From positions 1,952,001 through 2,016,000 of the forward strand of contig OY969807.1 of assembly GCA_963703285.1 (NCBI GenBank): a stretch of 64,000 nt of DNA, read 5' to 3'. Shown piece after piece: positions 58,255-64,000 of this stretch; the stretch's first letter is position 1; every line of letters starts with the position of its first letter. The notes below the pieces were generated by a model, which made no database searches, was not told the origin of the DNA, and saw nothing but the letters and a program-made list of their open reading frames with translations. The position numbers and the translations under genes were made by a program. The DNA is from an uncultured Nitrososphaerota archaeon (lineage in GTDB: Archaea > Thermoproteota > Nitrososphaeria > Nitrososphaerales > Gagatemarchaeaceae).

Positions 58255-59556
58255 GTGTTCCTCAGAAAGCATTCTCGAGGCTCTAAATTTGGATGGGTCG
58301 CCCTAAGCCCGCTCCTTCTCTTCCTCGCGGCGATGGTGATAGTTCCGCTGACCTCCGCCTCCGCCCAGACCCAGTTCGTTGAAGCGACGCCGGGGTACAT
58401 CAACCTGGGCATGACGACGACTGTCCAAGTCACTTCGCCTGCTGCAGGCGCCTACACGGTGACGGTCCAGGAACCGAACGGGACGGAGGTCACCTCAAGT
58501 CTCACGTTCGCCGGCGCGGGGCAATTGCAGAACACCACCTTTGGGGTCGCCGCGTCTGGGTTCAAGAGCTCGGTCAATCAGGTGGGCACGTACAACGTCT
58601 TCTTGCGCCAGGGTACCACACTCGTCTCGTCGACGTCGTTCTACGCGACGAACAAGCTGGTCGTCACCATGGACATAGTGACCGGTGGCACCTGCGCTTA
58701 CGTCCAGGGGATAACCAGGGGAGAGAAGTTCATTCCGAGGTTCTACGCGAAGTATGCGTCGAACGGGGCCTCCCTGACCAATGACACCAAGGGTGTCTAC
58801 ATAACCTACACACAGCCCAATGGCGCAACGGCGAAAGCCGGTTGGGACGCCTCCGCGGGTCTGTTTGACTCGTCGGTACTACCCAACTGGAACTACACTT
58901 CAGTGGGAGCATGGAGCCCATCCGTGACGGCAGGTGACGCATATGGAAACGTTGGCACTCTCAAGTACACGGGGATCCCCTTCACCATCTCTCCAGCCAC
59001 GCTTGACACGAACATCCAGGTCGTGAACGCAAACACGAGCCAGACGGTGACCGGACTTTACAACGGCCTGACCATCGACATCCAGGCCACGATTACCTAT
59101 CCGACCAACCCGGAGCCCGTGACCGGCTTCGTCGGTCCGCTCACATCAACCAGAGGTGGTTCCGTCACTGCTCAGGTCGGGTGGGGCTTCTACAACGTGA
59201 CCTCCGGCACCTGGGGAGGGAAGACCCCAGGCGGACTCATAGCGACCGTCCTGATGACCTACTCGGGCAGCAACGGAACATGGACGGGCCAGTTCAAGTC
59301 GACCTCGCTCCCCACGCTTCCTTCGGGCGCGAGCTACGAGGTTGTGGTCAGCTCGAAGGACAGCGCTTCTCCTGCGAACACGGGATTCGGGACGTCGGTC
59401 CTGCCTCCGGCCACCGTGGCGTCGACCACCACGGTCACCAGCACGTCTAGCACTGTTACGACGGTGCAGTCGATCCCGACCGTCGTGTACGCCGCACTCG
59501 CAATCCTCCTGATAATCGGCGTCCTCATCGGTTACATCGTAAAGGTTCCGAGGTAA
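58255..59556 (+). CDS. secreted Thr-rich glycoprotein with C-terminal TM anchor, first gene of the Rieske/cyt b operon
   Basis: Signal peptide ending SASA-Q, many N-x-S/T sequons, a single Cys (GGTC), Thr linker and C-terminal TM. TATA-like boxes at 58211-58225. Confidence 0.8.
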   Translation: MFLRKHSRGSKFGWVALSPLLLFLAAMVIVPLTSASAQTQFVEATPGYINLGMTTTVQVTSPAAGAYTVTVQEPNGTEVTSSLTFAGAGQLQNTTFGVAASGFKSSVNQVGTYNVFLRQGTTLVSSTSFYATNKLVVTMDIVTGGTCAYVQGITRGEKFIPRFYAKYASNGASLTNDTKGVYITYTQPNGATAKAGWDASAGLFDSSVLPNWNYTSVGAWSPSVTAGDAYGNVGTLKYTGIPFTISPATLDTNIQVVNANTSQTVTGLYNGLTIDIQATITYPTNPEPVTGFVGPLTSTRGGSVTAQVGWGFYNVTSGTWGGKTPGGLIATVLMTYSGSNGTWTGQFKSTSLPTLPSGASYEVVVSSKDSASPANTGFGTSVLPPATVASTTTVTSTSSTVTTVQSIPTVVYAALAILLIIGVLIGYIVKVPR

Positions 59557-59560
59557 TCCA

Positions 59561-61372
59561 ATGAAGCGCCTCTGGGGTGCCATCGCCGCCGCCCTAGGCC
59601 TACTCTGCCTGCTCCTGATGACTGTGGGTCCCGCTACCGCCGCGACACAGTCCTCGCTGACGGTGTCGCCGACGGTCGGCATCGTCGGAAGCACGATCAC
59701 CATCAGCGGACAGGGTTACCCTCCAAACACCAGCCTGATTGTAAAGTGGAGCACCGTGGACGCGAGCTGGGTCGTTTCAGGAAACCCACCCCAGATTACG
59801 GGACTCAACGTCACCCCGATAGAGAGCACGCTCGTCTCGGTTGAGACCGGCGCTCTGGGCTCCTTCTCCGTGAACATGACCGCCCCGTCTGACTACGGGG
59901 GCTCGCACACCCTGGAGGCTTTCGGCTCGAACGGCACTGCGCTCGCCGGGAAGGCCTTATTCACGCTTGAGCCTTCGTTCCACATCTCGCCCACAAGCGG
60001 CCCAGCGGGCACCGCGATAGAAGTGACGGCCACCGGGCTTGGCTACGGAGAGTACTCGACGAGCTATCACCTCTACTGGGACAACTCCTACATTGGATAC
60101 TTCACCGCCCTCTCCACGAGAGGGGCGACGAACTTCACCTTTTACGCGTCTGGGACGCCCGGAACGCACTACGTCGAGATATATCAGGGGTATCCCGGGC
60201 CGGCATACCTCAATCCGCAGCAGGGACCGCCCTCCTCGGAGACGCAGTCGGTCTTTCCCCCGTACATACCCTACCACGCAGAGTTCACCATGACTACGGG
60301 GCAGTCCTCCTCCTCCAGCCCTGCCCTGATAGGCTCCGCGGGTGTCGCGTCGATCGCGGTGGCGGCGGCAGCCGTGGCGGCCTGTGGTCTCTTCGTCACC
60401 AGGCTCGAACCCGGGAAGCGCAAGGCGGTCTCAAGGTCCCTGGCGGTGGTCGTGATCATCGTCCTCGTCGTGCTAGGGGGGATCGCGGGCTACCTGGCCC
60501 TCACGGCGAGTTCGACATCGAGTACCACGTCGACTGTCAGCTTCACTCCGGTGGCAACTGTCGACCGGCCAGCGATTACCGTCCCTCAGAACAACGCAAC
60601 TACGGGGCCGAGGATCTCCATCTCTCCCGACATCGCCAGCGTCGGTCAGACGGTCACGGTGAAGGGAGCCGGCTTCGCCTCCAACACCCTTCTCCCGCTT
60701 TCGTGGTCAACGAGGAAGGGGAGCAACGTCCTCGGCTATCAGCTGGTCGCCGAGCCGCTGAGGAACGTCACAACCAGCTCGAACGGATCTTTCGCATTCA
60801 CCATGAACGTGCCCGCAGACCTGGGAGGCCTCCACTTCATATCGGCAGGCGACCTGACCCCCAGCTCCAACGGGACTCTCTTCCTCCAGAGGACAGCCTC
60901 GATCAACGCCACCGAGGGACCCGCCGGGACGGTCGTGGCGATAACGATGCTCGGGGTGGGGTGGACGTTCAACACCAACATCGCCGCCCTCGACTACGAC
61001 AACTCGTATCTCGGCTACGGCTGCGGATTCAACAGCGGGGGGAACGTCACCTTCTACATTACCATAACCGGCTCTCCTGGCATCCAGACGATTGACATCT
61101 ATCCGTCGGTGTGGTGGGGCACGTCAAACTACTACAATCAGTCGACCGTCGAGTACCGGTATCCGCTGCTCACCCCGCAGGACCACCCGGAGCTGATGCC
61201 CTCCTTCCACTTTACCTTCCTGATAACGGGCTCGGGCCAGACCGCGACGAACGGGGATGCCCTCTCCGGCCTTGCCTTCGGCGGCGTTGTTGGAATGGCG
61301 CTCGTGAGCTCGCTCGCGCCCGTACAGAGGCGTCCCGGTGTTGAGGCACCCATGGAGGTTTCGAAGCGCTAG
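59561..61372 (+). CDS. membrane-anchored protein with duplicated pairs of Ig-like (IPT/TIG-type) domains
   Basis: Signal peptide. The unit SP...VG-x-T-x-T-x-x-G-x-G...D-x-GG-x-H...GPAGT...DNSY-x-GY occurs twice, separated by a two-TM hairpin. Confidence 0.8.
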   Translation: MKRLWGAIAAALGLLCLLLMTVGPATAATQSSLTVSPTVGIVGSTITISGQGYPPNTSLIVKWSTVDASWVVSGNPPQITGLNVTPIESTLVSVETGALGSFSVNMTAPSDYGGSHTLEAFGSNGTALAGKALFTLEPSFHISPTSGPAGTAIEVTATGLGYGEYSTSYHLYWDNSYIGYFTALSTRGATNFTFYASGTPGTHYVEIYQGYPGPAYLNPQQGPPSSETQSVFPPYIPYHAEFTMTTGQSSSSSPALIGSAGVASIAVAAAAVAACGLFVTRLEPGKRKAVSRSLAVVVIIVLVVLGGIAGYLALTASSTSSTTSTVSFTPVATVDRPAITVPQNNATTGPRISISPDIASVGQTVTVKGAGFASNTLLPLSWSTRKGSNVLGYQLVAEPLRNVTTSSNGSFAFTMNVPADLGGLHFISAGDLTPSSNGTLFLQRTASINATEGPAGTVVAITMLGVGWTFNTNIAALDYDNSYLGYGCGFNSGGNVTFYITITGSPGIQTIDIYPSVWWGTSNYYNQSTVEYRYPLLTPQDHPELMPSFHFTFLITGSGQTATNGDALSGLAFGGVVGMALVSSLAPVQRRPGVEAPMEVSKR

Positions 61373-62163
61373 TGGCCTCCGATTCGGATTCCGAAGGCGG
61401 CGACCCGGAGAAGGGTGCCCAGCCGAAGGCCGACGACCACGGCCCCGAAGCCGAGAAGGATAACCCTCGGAGGCAGTTCCTTACGCTCTCCCTCGCCCTT
61501 GGAGTCGCGCTGGTGGTAGGAGGAATCGCGTCCGTCAGCCTCTCGCTCTTTAGTCCCTCTGTCCCCGCGCCCGCCCCACCTCCGGCCACCACCACTCAGA
61601 CCGTGACGTCGACCGTGACGGTGGGCTCCACGGGAACGGGGACAGCCGCTTCCTCGGCGTCTTCGACCTCCACCACGTCCTCTCCCTTCCCCCAGGTCCT
61701 CGTCGCCAACATCAGCGACCTGACCGGTACCAACCTCGGCCAGACGGTCGATTTCAACTACCCCCTACAGGAGACGCCGAACATCCTCGTGAAGCTGGGC
61801 GTGAAGGCGGTCAACGGGGTCGGCCCCGACGGGGACATCGTCGCGTTCAGCCAGATCTGCCAGCACCTGGGGTGCATCTGGGGCTTCGTGGGGACGGGCG
61901 GCTCGCCGGGCTGCAACAGCTCATACAAGGCAAAGGGGCCGGTGGGCTACTGCTGCTGTCACGGCTCGCAGTACGACCTCACGGACTCCGCGACGGTGAT
62001 CGGAGGACCGGCCCCAAGGCCGGTGCCCCAGGTGACGCTGAGCTACGACGACGCGACCGGGGATATCTACGCGATTGGCATGTCGCCCCCCACGATATTC
62101 GGGTACCACACGGGGAGCAACGACGTGCTCTACGACCTGCAGGGCGGCACGCCGGTGACCTAG
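61372..62163 (+). CDS. Rieske [2Fe-2S] protein of a Rieske/cyt b complex (SoxL/PetA-like)
   Basis: Tat motif PRRQFL, TM, Ser/Thr/Pro hinge, GVGP-x-x-DIVAFS-x-ICQHLGC, CCCHGSQYD and GPAPRP. Confidence 0.93.
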   Translation: MASDSDSEGGDPEKGAQPKADDHGPEAEKDNPRRQFLTLSLALGVALVVGGIASVSLSLFSPSVPAPAPPPATTTQTVTSTVTVGSTGTGTAASSASSTSTTSSPFPQVLVANISDLTGTNLGQTVDFNYPLQETPNILVKLGVKAVNGVGPDGDIVAFSQICQHLGCIWGFVGTGGSPGCNSSYKAKGPVGYCCCHGSQYDLTDSATVIGGPAPRPVPQVTLSYDDATGDIYAIGMSPPTIFGYHTGSNDVLYDLQGGTPVT

Positions 62164-62164
62164 G

Positions 62165-63697
62165 TTGTCCGCGAGCGAGGACGCTGCGTCCGCACCGGCC
62201 GAGAAGACGCCGGTCGAGAGGTTGGTCGGGTGGTTCGACGACAGGCTGGGAATCTCCTATCCCATGCTGCGTCCTGCGCCAGCGTACTCGATAAACCCGT
62301 TCTACTGGCTGGGAGCCCTCGCCGTGGTCGCGTTCGTGATTCAGGGGATCACCGGGATGCTGATGATGGTCTACTACGTCCCGTCCCCGACCCAGGCGTA
62401 TGCAACGACGCAGTACATATTCCAGGACGTGAGCTACGGAACGTTCCTCGAGACGGTCCACCTCTACACCGCCTACGCCATGATCATGCTGGCGTTCATG
62501 CACATGATGCGCGGATTCTTCGTCTCTGTCCAGAAGAAGCCCAGGGAGCTGATGTGGGTAACGGGGATGCTGATGGGGTTCGTCACACTCGGATTCGGGT
62601 TCACGGGCTACCTTCTCCCCTGGACGGTCGTCTCGAAATCGGCAACGGACGTCGGGACGGGGATGCTCAACGCGCTGCCGGCCCAGATTTCGTCGATCCT
62701 CAGCTTCCTCGTCGTCGGGACCGGGGGCGAAACGGGGGAGATGCTCAGGTTCTACGACCTGCACATAGTCATACTCCCGGCGGCGCTCCTGGCCCTGCTG
62801 GCGGCGAAGATGTACATGCTCGAGTCGCACGGCGTGGCCGAGCCCGTGACCTCCGTCCCGGCAGCCAAACGGAAGCTGATACCCATCTTCCCGGACGTCT
62901 CCCTCTACCTGCTCGAGCTCGCGGCGATATTCGGCGCGGCGATGCTCCTCATCTCGGTAGCCTTCCCCCTCACCCTGCCCGTGGAGTACTCGGCACAGGC
63001 GGCCGGCGCCTACACGGCGCAGCCGGATTGGTACTTCCTCTGGATCTACCAGATCCTGAAGATAGACGCGTTCGAGACCTGGGGGCTTCCCGTCGCCCTC
63101 GGCATCATCACTGTGATCTTCCTGGCCCTGATTGTCCTGCCCTTCCTTGACAGGGGAGACACCAGGTCGATCGGGAAGAGGATGAAGTACACGACCATCG
63201 GGGCAATCTTCGTGGCCGAGGTCGCGGTGCTCACGGTCTGGGGTAAACTGACGCCGGGGGCGGTAATACCGAACGAACAGGCCGTGCTGATTCTTGGCGG
63301 GACCGCCCTCCTTGTGGCTCTAGGCTCGGTCGTGGCCTACAGCCTCGTCTTCGGGGGCATCTCCAGGGCCACGGGGGCCTCCCCTCCGACGGGCGGGCCC
63401 GTGGTCAGGACCGCGTCCGTGCGCTCGAGGCTCCAGTCGGCATCGCTCTGGACCGCCTGCAGCTTCGTGGGTCTGCTCGTGGTTGGAAGCTTCGGAATCA
63501 GCGGCTCGCTGAACGCCGTCGCCGGCATGATGGCCGCCGGAACGACATCGGCGGGTCTGGTCTACTCGCTGGTCGCATCCCTGGCGCTCGTCTCGGTCGC
63601 CGTCGCCGGCACCGCTTTCTTGGTGTACAGGCTCGAACTCTCCACGGGCGCTATAAGGAGGCGCGTCAGGGCCTTCGAGGTGGGGTGGAAGGGATGA
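62165..63697 (+). CDS. cytochrome b subunit of a Rieske/cyt b complex (SoxN/PetB-like, unsplit, extra C-terminal TMs)
   Basis: YWLGAL, QGITG, YYVP, H-x13-H in helix B, PREL-x-W-x-x-G, GFTGYLLPW, PDWYF and LPFLDR. Confidence 0.94.
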   Translation: MSASEDAASAPAEKTPVERLVGWFDDRLGISYPMLRPAPAYSINPFYWLGALAVVAFVIQGITGMLMMVYYVPSPTQAYATTQYIFQDVSYGTFLETVHLYTAYAMIMLAFMHMMRGFFVSVQKKPRELMWVTGMLMGFVTLGFGFTGYLLPWTVVSKSATDVGTGMLNALPAQISSILSFLVVGTGGETGEMLRFYDLHIVILPAALLALLAAKMYMLESHGVAEPVTSVPAAKRKLIPIFPDVSLYLLELAAIFGAAMLLISVAFPLTLPVEYSAQAAGAYTAQPDWYFLWIYQILKIDAFETWGLPVALGIITVIFLALIVLPFLDRGDTRSIGKRMKYTTIGAIFVAEVAVLTVWGKLTPGAVIPNEQAVLILGGTALLVALGSVVAYSLVFGGISRATGASPPTGGPVVRTASVRSRLQSASLWTACSFVGLLVVGSFGISGSLNAVAGMMAAGTTSAGLVYSLVASLALVSVAVAGTAFLVYRLELSTGAIRRRVRAFEVGWKG

Positions 63698-63996
63698 GCA
63701 GCGAGCAGTCCGCACCCAGGGTCGAGAAGGTCGTCAGGGAGAGGATGGCCGTCAGGATCGTCGCCCTCCTGCTCATCATCGCGGCTCTCTCCGTATTCGT
63801 GCTCTGGACTGTCAACCCAGTTGGCTCGGGCAGCGAGACGACCTTCGCCGTCTACCTCGCCATCGACCTGATCGCCTTTGCGTTGATTTCGTACGTCAGG
63901 AGGCGAGTCGGCAGCGATGGCGGGATAGGGAGAGTGTTTGTGATTGCTGGGTGCTGCTTCATGCTCTTCTTGGTTTTCGTCGGCTTCTATCTCTAA
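63694..63996 (+). CDS. small 3-TM membrane protein, translationally coupled to cytochrome b
   Basis: ATGA overlap with the cyt b stop and three hydrophobic segments. Confidence 0.7.
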   Translation: MSSEQSAPRVEKVVRERMAVRIVALLLIIAALSVFVLWTVNPVGSGSETTFAVYLAIDLIAFALISYVRRRVGSDGGIGRVFVIAGCCFMLFLVFVGFYL

Positions 63997-64000
63997 GCCC

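Noticed and set aside
61372-62163. Arsenite oxidase small subunit (AioB), suggested by the GVGPDGDIVAFS motif
   Set aside because: It is followed by cytochrome b rather than an AioA molybdoenzyme, and the motif is shared with archaeal SoxL-type Rieske proteins.

Overview
High-GC archaeal DNA, most consistent with a deep-branching Nitrososphaerota (Thaumarchaeota) genome. Support: eukaryote-type topoisomerase IB, proteasome-exosome superoperon, short XPF, archaeal mevalonate genes, intron-containing tRNA and TATA boxes about 25-30 nt ahead of apparently leaderless genes; no ammonia-oxidation genes are in this window. Layout: (1) 1-19 kb, mixed accessory region with VKOR, a short heme A synthase, a YVTN propeller, a four-gene archaeal mevalonate module (UbiD/AcnX-L/AcnX-S/UbiX), PadR-DrrAB, an F420 LLM enzyme and gene relics, ending at tRNA-Lys(UUU) with two non-canonical introns; (2) 19-43 kb, core genes (topo IB, endo IV, JAMM, psmA-SBDS-rrp4-rrp41-rrp42-L37ae-?pcc1-pfdB-DHH, ECF transporter, XPF, Fno, PPK2, Cdc48); (3) 43-55 kb, a MoxR/DUF58 surface operon, a Cren7-like Zn-ribbon/coiled-coil protein, MhqO/MhqD-like genes, CBS, cNMP and MFS genes; (4) 55.8-64 kb, a respiratory island. 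The island is the best candidate for an undescribed system: a Rieske/cytochrome b operon with no cytochrome c1 in view, led by two uncharacterised membrane-anchored Ig-like proteins, with Lys at a canonical heme bH His position, a CCCH Rieske box, and neighbouring NDH-2 and cysteine-less VKOR paralogue. Two PadR loci 26 kb apart share a 14-bp-periodic operator (ATATCG-N6-CGATAT). Two of the three frameshifts are single-G losses in homopolymers and may be sequencing errors. All calls come from motif recognition by eye; no database search was run.
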